Below are positions 41,601 to 54,500 of a stretch of 64,000 bases of DNA, piece by piece. Source of the stretch: Klebsormidium nitens (Eukaryota; Plantae; Klebsormidiophyceae). The notes under the pieces were generated by a model, which was not told where the DNA came from, did no database searches, and was given only the letters and a program-made list of their open reading frames with translations. The number at the start of each line of letters is the position of its first letter. Position 1 is the stretch's first letter. The stretch is from assembly GCA_000708835.1 (NCBI GenBank), contig DF237366.1, forward strand, positions 17,838 through 81,837, in the 5' to 3' direction. A program made the position numbers and the translations under genes.

Positions 41601-44600
41601 CAGAACGCGTACTTGGACCATATCTCCAATGAGAGCGGCGCGGTCCTGGAGCTGCGCGGCAGGGGGTCCGGAACCAAAGAAGGGCCTGAAGGGAAAGGTG
41701 AGACCATCTAGTCCGGAGCCTTCGGAGAGCCGGTTTGCAGCAGTGCTGATGAGGAGAATGAAGGAAGAAAGGATGCAGCAGGTGCATCTGCTTGCACTAC
41801 TTAAGGACTATATGCCTTGTGTATGACGGGTGGTGTGGGGGGTTTGTGCAGAGAAGGACGAGCCGCTGCAGCTGGTGCTCATGTGCAGCACGGCCGCGGG
41901 GCTGGACCAGGCCAAGAAGCTGGCCAACAACCTGCTGGACACCATCCGCACCGACTGGGACGCGTACAGGTGCAAGCCCGCCCCTCACGAGCTGTGGAGC
42001 TATGACGTCTCTCCTAGAAGGCGTCAAGACCTTGTCTCAACTCATGTCGTCCTTAATCTGATTCATTGCTGTTGCTGCGACACACTGCCCCTGTGTCGCT
42101 TTATGAGACAGTGACAACGATCAGCAGCAAGAACTTGCTTGCTTTTGATAAGAGGGCCCTGGGGTGGCCACGATTGCTTTGGCCTCTCACAGCCATCTTC
42201 CCCTCCCTTGTGCAGCAAGCCCGCTGCTGGCACTGCATCTGCGGCTGCTGCAGCCCCCCCCGTGGCCCCCCAGTACCCGCCCTACTACTACGGCTACCCG
42301 TATCCCCCCTACCCGGGAGCGCCCCCTCCCTACGGTGCAGCCCCCCCCTTCTACGGCTACTACCCTCCCCCCGCAGGGCCCATGGGTGCGCAGCCCACTG
42401 GTCCAGAGGCTTCACCCAGTGCGCAAGCACAGGCACCCACACCAACAAGTGCCCCAGCTTCTGGTGACCAGTATCAGCACCCCCAACAAGCACCAGCAGC
42501 CAGTGCGGCAACGGCGGCCCCCCTTTATCCAGGTACTTAAGGTTATGCCGAATTGCTATTTTCTTTTGTGTGTGCGGCCCTGGTCCCATCGCCCCAAAAA
42601 CAATCACCTCAAGCCCATCTTGATTCGTGAGCCCCTTGTTGAATCCCCGTCGAGCCTGTGCGCCACTTCGTTCTCGGCATGCCGCATTTCACTGAGTATC
42701 CTGTCGTGGTTCTACAGGAAGCACTGCCCCAGCAGGCCCGGCTGGCTACTCGCCAGCTCCATACGCGTCACCTCAGTGAGTACTTGCTCCTGGCCGCCTC
42801 CTTTCAGGCGTTCTTCTGTGCAATCAAACCTGGCCATGCTGGTCTAGCTGGGGTGACTAGATACCTGGGTATCACGCTCGCTTGAACTTCTTTTTTCGCA
42901 GTACGGAGCCCACTCAAATCCTTCTGTCCGTTAAGACCTGATAGCACGCTGTAATTCAGCTGCCGCTATTGAACCAGCTGTGTTGATCTCTGGTACCTGC
43001 TTGCAACGCCATCTTGTGGGCTAAGAGCTTGTTCTCTCTTCGCACCTTCCGTCGTGGATCCTACCAATGAATGAAAGAGAACAAACGGATCAGATGGTGT
43101 CTCGCAGGGACGAGAGGAAAGGCATCCCCCCCCCTCCTCCTGAGCAGCGCCCTCCTCCCCCTCAGTCGCCCGCTCAGACGACCCCGAGCCCTTCTCCGTA
43201 CCAGCACATGCCCCCCCAGCAGGAGCAGCAGGTGACTGCCCCACCTTGTTACCCCAGCTTCCACCGCCGTCACTGGGCAGCCCCATCTTCCTGTCGAGGG
43301 ACTGCGCAAGGCCGCTTGTATTCTGTCTGTAGCCGTTCCTAAAAGATATGCGCTTTGCAAGGGGTAGTGGGACGAAGTTGGTTCTTCTCTTGCATTTGAA
43401 AGTTCTGCTCTCAGCAAAGCCTAGCCGTCATGCTTCTCTTTCGCCTCGCCCTCCTCTCATGCTGCCTTCTCTCCGCCTCCCCAGTACGGACACCCCGACC
43501 CGTACTCCCACCCGGCGGTGCCTGCCCCTTCCTCTGCCCCCCCGCCTCGTGCAGAGCCGAGCCCACCTCCGGCCCCGGATGCGGCGCCCCCACCCCCCTC
43601 CGAAGAAGTCCCCCCAGCCCCTCCGGCGGATGCTAGCGCTCATTACCAGGGGTACCAGTATGCCCCCAACGGCCAGCCTGCGCAGGGCCTCACCCAGTAC
43701 CCCCCGCAGGAGCAGCCGGAGCAAGGACAGGGGCAGTATGCAGTGCACGGGCAGCCGGGCCAGGCCCAAGGGCAGTACGCTGCACAGGCCTACCAGGGAG
43801 CCGCGCAAGGGCAGTACCCACCCTCGGGGCCCCAGTCCGGTACCGGCCAGTACGGCGCTGCCAGTGGCGGGGGCTACGCAGGTCCTGCAGCAGGCGCCAG
43901 CGTTTACAACCTTCCTGTCGCTAGCTATTCTGCATACCCGCCCCCACAGAGCACGCAGAACGGGCCCTCTAGCCAGCAGCAGCAGTTCCAACCGGGCCCG
44001 TTTTCTGCTCAGGCCCAGGCCCAGCAAGGGGGGTATCCGCCGCAGGGGTCCGGTCCGGCAGGGGGCCAATACCAGCAGGGGCGGCCAGCGCAGCCAGGGC
44101 CTCCTGCGCCGTACGGCGGGGGCGGCTATCCTGCTGCCTACCAGCCGTCCGCCAGTGGCCAGGCCAGCGGATATCCCGGGGGGATGCCGCAAAGGCCACC
44201 GCAGCAGCAGGGGCCCGCGGAGGGGGAGAAGAAGCGCAAGTTCCAGGAGTTCCCCACCAACGGGCGGGGCATGCCTCCCCAGCAGGCTAATCAGGTGAGA
44301 CATAAACGTGAAAACCACACATACACGCGTTTGCTAGGAGCGGATGCCTGAGATGCTCCACAGGCAGTCGCCCATACTCTCCGTGTTTCTTGATGGCTGA
44401 CGGTTGCTGTTCCTTGCTGTCAGGGACCACTGGGCCTAGCTCCCGCGGGGCCCACCCCCGGGTACGGCCTGGGTGCGCAGGGGCTGGGGGCAGGCGGGAG
44501 GGGGCTGATGGGCCCGCCGCCAGCGCGCGCCATGGGGCCTCCGCCGATGAGGGGTGCCATGCAGCAAATGGGGCCGCCCATGAACAGGCCACCTGCACAA

Positions 44601-45285
44601 AGTGCGCAAGGATATGGTGAGGCAACCAGGGGTGCGTTTCTGCTTTTGCTTCCCGCTTTTAGCCCTGCTTGCTGTCAGCATCCATGTGCATCGAGCCATG
44701 TGTCCTGGTGAAAGGACACGGCGTCTCCGGCCTCTGGACCGGCAGAACGCGATCCTGATACAGTGCGGTCGTGTTCGGAATGCTTCCCGGTCTTCCATGG
44801 GAGGCGCCTTCTTTGGCCAGGGAAAGCAGCTAGCTCTAGCAGTGGTTCAAATTTCGTGTGCTGCAGTCGTGTTATATTGCTTGCCCTTTCGTGTGCGAGG
44901 GGGCTCAGCAAATGCGTGTTCTGGCACTGCAAGCATGTCTTTGTACGGACACTATACATGCATTTAGTAGACAGGAGGAAAACTCAGCTTGAGGGTCCTT
45001 ATTGGAACCAGAATGCACGTCCTGGGCTGCATACATGGCCCTCAGGATCTCCTATGACCGAGTATTTCGCTTCTCCCGGACTTGTCGGCAGCACCTCTTG
45101 TAGTTACACCCTATTCCTGTTTGTGCGGTTCAACATGGTGCATGTTTCTTGCAGGTATAAAGCTGGTTGACTATGGTGAAGAGGAGGAGGAGGAGAACTT
45201 CCGAGGAAGTGCAGGTCGGCCACCCCATCCTGGCCCGCAAGGTGGCCAAGGAGTCCAGCGACCTTTCTGGTATCCGCGTGGTTAA
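38695..45285 (+). CDS. RIK: RIK / KHDC4 (BLOM7)-like KH-domain RNA-binding splicing protein with a long P/Q/G/Y-rich tail; about 15 exons
   Basis: MEPKQDR|KKRKWDV; REIVINDAP..IRSQLTRRPVQEE|IQRETGSVIITR|GRYKAP..EKPLHLHISPG; ARIRGPN|NAYLDHISNESGAVLELRGRGSG; EPLQLVL..LDQAKKLANNLLDTI; the C-terminus is KLVDYGEEEEEE...PFWYPRG*. Confidence 0.88.
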
Positions 45286-46252
45286 CAAGGTCGTGAAAAA
45301 CCATTGTTGTTGGCAAGCCTGGGCGACTGGCAGAAAGACATCGTGCTAAGCAGGAAGTGGCTCTGAGGGTTCTTGCTGCTGTTCCGCTTCACGAATGTAC
45401 TGGATTCACCATCGAGCCATGACTCTTCTTATGAGTTTCGGGAAGGACTCATTCGATGAGTTCTCTTCCACTGTTCTTCTCATGCAGACTTTTCCTTAAA
45501 CGAAAAAAGGTGCCGTTTTAGCTAGGGCAAAGCTCAGCTGTCAAAGACAGTGAGTGCGTTGTTTGATGTTGACAGCCAAGCTTTAGAAGCTGCATCTTTA
45601 TGCGTATGCAGATTTCAAGTTGACGCTTTGCATGTTCTGCTCTTGTAATTCAGCGCGTTGCAGATCGTACTTACATATAATGTTTCGCATACGTTTTCAT
45701 GACTTGTATAAGACATGCAGACGATTAATATTCGTGCAAGTTTCAGATCGAGATAAAGGACCTCTAGACGTCGTCATTAGCTGCATATGTATCATTATGG
45801 CATACTGCATTCGTGATGCACCGCGACCCATTGCACATGTTGAAAGCATGTTATGAGCATATGTACGTTGCATTGAACGACTATCCGCCTCGAACAAAGC
45901 CATTACACGCACGTGAACCAGGGATCGAATGAACAGCCGCAAGACAGACAACAAGACGAAACATCAAGCAATTTAACGTGACCATCTTGTCTGCAAATCT
46001 TCTATCTGGGTTTTTCAAGTAAAAAGTGAAGTCAATATCAACCTTCTTGAAGGTAGTGACAAAGTGCTCGACAGCAACCAACTTTCACCGATTTGGTGCC
46101 TACTTTAGGTACAACTTTTTTGAATGTACCTTATAAGGTTAGAATCGACCCGGATTCTAAATTAGGAGAATGCAAGGGCCAGCGGCGTATGGTACAAGCT
46201 GTGGTGCGGATTGACTGGGTCGAAGAATGATGTGTCTCAACTTAGATATCTC

Positions 46253-49200
46253 TCATCTTCTCATGGGCCCCAGCGGTGGTGCTGGTTCAAGCGTGCTCGG
46301 CAGCACGCCAGCCCCGGCCAGCTCGATCTCTGTGAGCGCCTGTCCAATGTTGGAATTGTTCTTGGAGAGCGACCTCCTGGCCCGCCGGCCCAAGCCGCTA
46401 TCCTGCTGCGTGAAGCGCGCGGCGGGAGCCGGGGCGGGCATGGGCTCCGAATGGTGCGACACCATCAGGCGACCTGCGTCGTCCTGCTGCCACGTGACCT
46501 CCACCATGAGGCCGTTGGGGTAGTCGGCGCTCGCGGAGCCCGGCAGGGCCACATATGGTGCGCCAATGGGGACCTGCCAGCAAGCAGAACCGCAGTGAGT
46601 TGAAAGCAAAGGGACAAAGAGACAAAGCCAACACAAAGGAGGGTCTATTCGTGTGCAGCAGTGACTTCGTCAGGTCCTGAGACTTGCGGCGCTGCAGAGA
46701 CGGCTAGCACGGAGTTACAAATCATGCTTGCACGGCTGCGCTATCCCTACGGTGTAAACAGGCGTCGCACCTGCAGGGTGGTGCCGTCGCCAAGGGTGAT
46801 CTTGTCGTAGCGGCCCTCCGCCTGCGCGGTCTCCAGCTCGGCCTGGCGCGCGATGGCCAGGAACACCTCCTCCAGCGTGGACAGGCTCAGCTGAACGTCC
46901 GTCACGCCCAGCTCGCCGCGCCGCGCCTGCAGCGCCGCAAAGAACTCGGGCAGCACGCGCTCCGCGCTGCGCGGCACCAGGAACCGGATGTACGCCTTGC
47001 TCTCCTCCGCCGCCTCCACGCCCAGCCCCTGCAGCCACCGCCACGCAGTACCACGTCAGCGGCGTGCAGCTCACAGGAGAATGTGTGAACAATCTGTGGC
47101 ACGCCCTTAGCTGCAGCAAAACGGTACGGTGCTCTAACTCGAGGAGTTTGCGACAACAGAGCCGTTCTTGCAGAAGTTCAACCACCCACCTTGCACAGAT
47201 TGACTGCCTCAATCTGACACCCAACACAAGAGCGGGCGACATAGTAAGCAGCGGTGTGGCAGGTTACACGAGGCGTTACCTGCTTGAAGAAGGCCTTGAC
47301 GGCGTCGGCCTTGTGCGCGTCCGCCTCCCAGCTGGTGGCCCCGGGCAGGTCCACGTAGCTGCCCGCGGAGCGCACCGACACGTTCACGATGTAGCCCGCG
47401 CCGAACTTGTTCTTCAAGTGGATGCTGCTGCCGATGCACCGCATGCGCCCCTGCATCGCGCGCACACCCGCATTCAGCACGGCTCAACGGCAAGAATCCA
47501 GTGCTACAAGGAGGCTGGAAGTCACCGCCAAGACTCGAGAGGCTGCAGCAGGCCGCACGGCGCCTGCACATTTCTGTTGGGAAGCGCTCTACAAGCTGTG
47601 TGCGAAGCAACTTATGTCGTCACAAACAGAGCCGAGTAGCCGCCCCTATCGCGAGGAGCACGGCGGAGGTGCGTGGGGCGGGTGCGGACCTTGGCCATGA
47701 TGGCGATGGTGTCGCCCAGGATGTCGGCCTCCTCCATGGAGTGCGTCGTCAGGATGAAGGCGCGCCCCGGCTTGCACGCCTCGATGATGTCCCAAACATG
47801 CCGCCGCGAAATAGGGTCCATGCCCGTCGTCGGCTCGTCTAAGTACACCTGCACCACCCGGACCCGCGGCTCAGCCCCGAGCCAAAGCGTGCCCCTAGCA
47901 ACCAATCTGCAAGACATTGCTCCTACGCAGTGGTCTACAAACCGGAGCGAGCAGCGGGCCTGTGGGTCGGCGGAGGGCTCACCACTTTGGGGTCACCGAT
48001 GAGCGCGACGGCCACGCTGAGGCGGCGCTTCATGCCCCCGCTGTAGCTGGCGCTGCGCACGCCGCCCGCCTCCACCAGCCGCACCTGGGCCAGCAAGTCG
48101 TCCACCTCCTGCAACACAAGCAAGGACACCGTGAGGGGGAAAGGGAGATGGGGGAGGGAGACAACCCACCGAACAATACTGAGGAGGGGCTGAAGACCGC
48201 TAGGCACAAGGAAAAACAAGCTTGGAAAGCAAAGTTGAAACCCAAACCCGTGCTATCACCTGCTCCGCACCCGTACCCGCCCGGAAACCTCAACCTAACC
48301 CTACCTGCCGACGATTCTACTATCCTGAAGCGCACTATTCCTGGATTCTGTGATCTCGTCCAGACGGCGGCTCGAGTGGCTCTCCATGCGGCCAGCGCGC
48401 GCATGGCGGTGCGCGCCAATGCCAAGACGGTGGTTAGCCGCTTCACTAGACAGCATGTGCTTTAGCACGCCTTGTGTGTGCGGGGCTGACCTGTGCGACT
48501 TGCTGTTTGGGCAGGCCGCGGATGTTGGCGAAGAGCCAGAGGTGCTCTTTGCCCGTGAGGTCGCCCCACAGAATGTCGAACTGCGGGCACACGCCCATGA
48601 AGCTGCGCACGCGCGCCATGCCCGCCGCGTCTGTAATCTCGTTGTCGTACACCAGCGCACTGCCCGCCGTTGCTGGAAGCACGCCCGTCAGCATGTTGAT
48701 CGTCGTCGTCTTGCCCGCCCCTGCAGCCAACCGTTGCAAGCGCCGCACTTAGCATCAAGCAAAGAAGAACAAAGAGAGAGAAGAAAGGCCGACCGGGCGG
48801 AAAGAACATTGCTGACAGACAGGGGCAGAGATGTGGCGTCAAACACACTGGCGATGATGGGCAAAGTAACTGCCGGTCATCGCACGGCCTGCGCATGGCA
48901 CTCTAGCTCGAGTGGCTGCTTACCGTTGGGGCCCAGCAGACAGAAGAGCTTGTTCTCCTCGATGGTGAAGGACACGCCCTGCAGCGCACGCAGCCAGGGA
49001 GCCAGGTGTCAGCACTCAAGAGGACACGGCTCGAGGCGAGCAGGCACACGAGACACTGCTTAGCAGGCAAGGCAGACAAGGGTTTGGCCGGGGAGGGCGG
49101 CCGCGGCTGACCTTGACGGCGTGGAAGGGCGCGGTCGAGGTGCAGGTGCAGAAGCAGCAGTACTTGCACGAGCACGAGCGCGTGCCCGCAAACGTCTTGC

Positions 49201-52200
49201 GCAGGTTGCGCAGCTGCACGGAGGTGCCGGGGGGAGGTGCGCCTGCCTGCGCCTGCGCTTCCACCTGCCAGCCAAGAAGCACGGGGTCAGATAAGTAGAC
49301 TCTCAAAAAAGGAGGGGCTGGCAAGAGGAACGGGTAAAAGGCAGGCGCTTCACACCAGGGCGGTGAAGCGCCTGGTGTGAAGCCCCGAGCGCGGTAACAG
49401 CATCCTGTCCAGGGCTGTTTGCAAGTATAAACTACTACTGCAAGCGACCGTTGTTAAGACCAGCGCTTCTCCAGAGCTACAGGCTGCCAGGCATGTGGGG
49501 CCGACCTTCTCTCTCTCTGCCACGACGTCCTCGTCCTCTGGCCCGCTGGAGGGCGGCAGGGGCGGCTCGCGGCCGGTGCAGGAGCAGCAGCCGGTGGTGC
49601 CGGAGAAGCCGCCCTTGGAGCCGGTCCAGTACGAGGGGTAGAGGAAGAAGAGCCAGGGGCGGCGCACGCCGTTGACGTCCGGGAAGACGCGGTCCAGGTA
49701 CGTGGCCAGCAGCGTGTACAGCAAGAACTCCACGAACAAGTACTTGAAGCAGTTGCTCTGTACCGCGCACAATAACACAAACAGCCTCAGCCCACAGGGC
49801 GGCAGCGTTGACCACACTGCGTGTCAAGGCACACGGCCACAGCGAGGCACAAGAGGGTAACGGGTGACTGCTTTTCAATGGGGAACCTGCCTTGTCTTAG
49901 CAAAGGCCACGCAGGCAGAGTGAGGGAAAGCGTACCAGGGGGAAGACACAGTCGTCGTTGATACCCCCGAACGAGTTCCCTTTCCCGCAGTGGCTCGTGA
50001 TCTGGCTCCACTTGATGCCCCTGTCATCCTGCGGCACAGCAAGGCAACCATTTGTTCAACACCAAGGAGCAAGGCGAAAGCTCTGAAAGCCAGCGGGCGG
50101 AGTCGAAAAGCACACGAAAGCACGGCCGTCTTTGTCAAGGTGACAAGCAGGGGCGACAGTCATACCCACTCCAGTTGTTCTGAAAGCAGGCCCCCTGAGG
50201 GGGGAGGTCGAGGGGCAACAGGAGAACCAAAAAGATCGCTAGCAAAGAGGATCGAAGAGCCAAGTGCAACACAAAAGGCCGTGACCTTCCGTGGGTTGTG
50301 AGGAGTACCTTGGTGGCGGTGGCATCCCCCAGGTACTGGAGGCCAATGGCGAGCAGGTTGGGAGGGAAGAGGGACCAAAGGTAGCGGATCCAGGGCGCAA
50401 AGCTCTTGTCGTAGGGGAAGCCGAACGCAGTCACCAGCTGCACTAACAGCAGAGCGGGAGTCAGCCCAGCGCTGCAACTACCGCAAGCAGGACAGCCTGC
50501 TCAGTGCCAGGCGCGCAAGATGAAACATGCAACAGTTGGTAGGCTGTAACCGTCCCCTGCCGGCCAACAATTCCAGTTTAAGCTTGCAGTTTGAGAAGCA
50601 TCTCCTTTGCAGCACAGAGAGGCAGGAGGCGTGCCGGGAGAGCAACGGATGTGCCACGGACCTGGACGATGAACCCGAGGATGAAGATGAAGAAGCCCAG
50701 GGTGGTGGCGGGGGCAGACGACTGCAGGAACGTCGACGCCAGGAACGCCAGCCCCACCTGCAGTAGCACCGGCAGGGGGGGCGTCAGCGACAGCAGGGCA
50801 GTGAGTCACCGACAGCAGGCCGGGCGAGGTGAGACGGCAGGGTCCGGCCGGACTACGGGCCCAATGACCAGGAACAGGGTGCGGTGCTGCTCACACAGAG
50901 AACTTTAGAGCATCGTGGCGAGCAGGTAATGGCGCTGGGCAGAGTGTCTGGGCGGCAGCTTACCATGGCCAGCTCGAACAGGAAGAAGAGGATGAACAGG
51001 ACGAAGAAGCCGTTCCTCTTGAACAAGTCGAACTGCACACGGGGGAGATGCGGAGTCAAGAGCAGTGCACATGCGCCTCCCGCTGCAGTGAGGAGCCCCA
51101 GTCAACTATGTGCAGGGCGCTACAAGGTTCCCCAGGACACACTTGGGCTACGAACAACAAGCCACCGACAAAGTTAACAATCGGAGAAGCATTCGAGCAG
51201 CGAACCAAGCGCATGGCATGGGGCGCGTGGTTGGGGGAGTGGTCTTCTTGCCTGGAACATGAGGCCGAAGATGACGATGAAGAGGCTGGAGATGAAGACA
51301 AGGACGACCTCCCACGCGACCCAGGTGAGCCAGAACACCGACACCTTGAGGCCCATCGTGTCCATGGCCTGCCGCAGCTTCAGCTCGCGCTCCGCCACCA
51401 CCGCACCGATCTGGATCACAAACCCGAACATGGCTGCAACAGACACGAGAAACACACCACTGGGTCAGACACAGCACCCACCAGAAGGCAGCTGGAATGA
51501 GTCGCAGCAGCAGAATAAGGCCAAGATTCCTCGCCGGCCCACTGCAGGCCCACTGCAACGGGCCAGAGGTAATGTGCGTCATACCTGCCGCAAAGAGGAA
51601 GGTAGGCGCAACCGCCCCAGCCGCCGAGAAATTGGTGGTCGCAGGGTGGGCTGCACAGGATTACGAGGAGAAGGGGTGAGAAACAGCGGCGCAGGGGCCA
51701 GGGGCGCACGAGAGACAGGCAGGGGGCGCTACGGCGCACACTACAAAGAGGAGCCATGCTTAACTGGGCAATACAACAGCGTGGTACAGGCAGGATTCTG
51801 TGAACCAAGGAAATGATCCGCCAGCTTACCGAACTCCACCATCCATGTGTACCAATTGAGGGCAGGCCCATCTGCACCAGATTATCGAACGTGTTACTGT
51901 CAGCCAGGGGCCACCGTTGGTGGAGCTTGCACAAACAGGCCAGCATAGTGCAAGTTACACCGTGACGATGCTCATGAAACCTCGGAACTAGGATCAACGA
52001 TCGGGGCAGACACTGCTGGATTTCACGTCAAGCAATTAGAAGTCTGATATGCCTATGCCAAGGCAGCATTTATACAATCGTGGCCTTCACCTCAACATTA
52101 GCGCTCAACCAACACTGCTACTCCCTTGTAATGCAAGCCTGCTGAAGGAAGAGCATTGGGGCCGCATGCTCACCCCCCGTGACAAAGCGCACAATCTCCC

Positions 52201-53177
52201 TCTCCACTGCCTGCTGCAGCGGTGCCTGGAACTTGAAGTTGACGTCCTCGTACTGGCCGCGCTGGTTCTTGATGGTGGAGTTGACCTGCAGCCCGTAGCC
52301 CAGCCCCAGCGCTGTCTCCTGGAAGATGACCGCCGCAGGGGAGCGGCTCGGGTTGGCCAGCAGCCACGCGTCCACCTCCGCAGCGGAAGAGAAGGCGCGC
52401 ACCTGCACAAGGAGGCCGGCTCATGAGGACGCTGCAGGAAGATCAAGCGGTCCACATTTCAAAGCAATCACAAGCTAGGAACTCCAAGGAGTGGTATATG
52501 CGGACCTTCTCAGGTACAACACATGTGATGACAATGTGGTTACAACGGCTAGCTCCATGCCCCCAGCTGCGGCAGTGGCTCTAGATCTATCCCAAGTGGC
52601 GGCTCGAGGGTCACCTTCTCGGGGGGTATCGGCCTTCCGGGATTCTGCGCGCGCATGTTTCCCACAATTGTGTTCACCGAGGTGAGGTTGTTTGGCGCAT
52701 AGACGAAATCGTAGCATGGTTTCTTGATGTAGTAGCCAGTCTCGCATGCCGGCAGCGCCGGAATCAGAAAAGGCTCAGGCGTCCGCAGGCTCTTGAAGCC
52801 GGTGTTGCCCTTGTTCTGAGCATCGATGGCCTTGGCAACTGCAGGAAAAATGAAATCTCTACTGGGCTCGACCAAATTTCTTGATAAGAAGTAAGTGCCC
52901 AACCAAGATTGCACAGTTGGCCCAACCAGGACTGCCTTGCGGTTGGACACAAATGCAATGTACGCAGCTCCGTAGATCAACCCTCACCTATGAAGATCAG
53001 GAAGATGAAGAACAGCGACGACAAGAGCTGCAAAGCTGTTGCACGAGAGTTCCTCCAAGACAGAAGGACATTCTTCCAGAACAGTGCCTTGAACTGCTTT
53101 GCGAACAGCCGCCATCCTGTTGCCCTGGAGATAACTGGCACCGGAGCCGCCTGACGCTGGCTTTGATCGGCGTCCAT
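46253..53177 (-). CDS. ABCA2: Half-size ABCA transporter (TMD-NBD), plant ABCA2/ABCA9 subgroup; about 18 exons, one GC-AG intron
   Basis: [27 protein letters not shown]; [10 protein letters not shown]; [14 protein letters not shown]; WSLFPPN; Walker A GPNGAGKTT; [10 protein letters not shown]; signature [12 protein letters not shown]; [11 protein letters not shown]; TTHSMEEAD; the subgroup-specific tail [12 protein letters not shown]...[14 protein letters not shown]. Confidence 0.93.
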
Positions 53178-53516
53178 GGCTAAAAGCAAACACGAAACTG
53201 CAGCCCAAGCAGGCACACCAGCAGGCCTTCAAGTGCCCAACTGTGTTGCAGGGTTGCTTGCTCTAGCTGACAGATTGTTATAAGCGTGCAAAGCCGATGC
53301 CTGATCTAAACTGCATACTACTTTGAGGTTTGATCAAGTGGATAAATAGTGGCAGCCTAGGAGCGCCTTGGTCCTGAAAACCAGTGGCGGAGGCAGGAGC
53401 TGCAGCGACACCTCCCTGCATGGGCCTGCTGAAGCTGAGGCTCCGCCTGAAAGTTGAGTACGCCTGAGGCTGAGGCTGTAGATGTCCACAACTGCAAGGT
53501 CACAGCCAACTTCCAA

Positions 53517-53680
53517 GTACTCCTAAGCTACGGTAGCTACCTATTGTACTACAGTACCTACAGGCTACCTACAGCCTACAGGTACCTAGCCTGTAGGGAG
53601 CTACGGTACCACGGTAGCCTGTAGGTAGGTACCTACCTAGGTACCTTGCGCACGCTACTACCGTAGGTACCTACCGTACC
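53517..53680. repeat. GTAC/CTAC-rich nested inverted repeat in the ABCA-ABCA intergenic region
   Basis: 15-bp inverted repeat at 53555-53569 / 53613-53627, inner 8-bp inverted repeat at 53575-53582 / 53590-53597, 18-bp palindrome at 53622-53639, and 9 GTAC in about 165 bp. Confidence 0.8.
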
Positions 53681-53968
53681 TCAAACTCGCACCTGCTACA
53701 CTTGGTGAAATGTTAACCGGCAGCAGGTTCATGTCGGCAGTTGGCTATAAGTTACGGCTTTCCAAACCTGGGGGTAACGGTCAAGAAGCGACCGATAACA
53801 CTTGAAGTAGACGTCATCAGAAGCTGCGGCGAAGGTGCATTGATTCTGAACAGGTTTTACGGTAAATCAAGGCTCAAGCTGCAAGCCTGCAACCGTTGAT
53901 GTCCTAATGCTGCAGACTCCAGAGTGCTCGCAACAATTGTAATCCTAATTAGCTACTGCTGAAGTGAT

Positions 53969-54500
53969 NNNNNNNNNNNNNNNNNNNNNNNNNNNNNNNN
54001 NNNNNNNNNNNNNNNNNNNNNNNNNNNNNNNNNNNNNNNNNNNNNNNNNNNNNNNNNNNNNNNNNNNNNNNNNNNNNNNNNNNNNNNNNNNNNNNNNNNN
54101 NNNNNNNNNNNNNNNNNNNNNNNNNNNNNNNNNNNNNNNNNNNNNNNNNNNNNNNNNNNNNNNNNNNNNNNNNNNNNNNNNNNNNNNNNNNNNNNNNNNN
54201 NNNNNNNNNNNNNNNNNNNNNNNNNNNNNNNNNNNNNNNNNNNNNNNNNNNNNNNNNNNNNNNNNNNNNNNNNNNNNNNNNNNNNNNNNNNNNNNNNNNN
54301 NNNNNNNNNNNNNNNNNNNNNNNNNNNNNNNNNNNNNNNNNNNNNNNNNNNNNNNNNNNNNNNNNNNNNNNNNNNNNNNNNNNNNNNNNNNNNNNNNNNN
54401 NNNNNNNNNNNNNNNNNNNNNNNNNNNNNNNNNNNNNNNNNNNNNNNNNNNNNNNNNNNNNNNNNNNNNNNNNNNNNNNNNNNNNNNNNNNNNNNNNNNN
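53969..54500. other. Assembly gap (532 N) between the two ABCA genes
   Basis: A run of N in the input. Confidence 1.
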
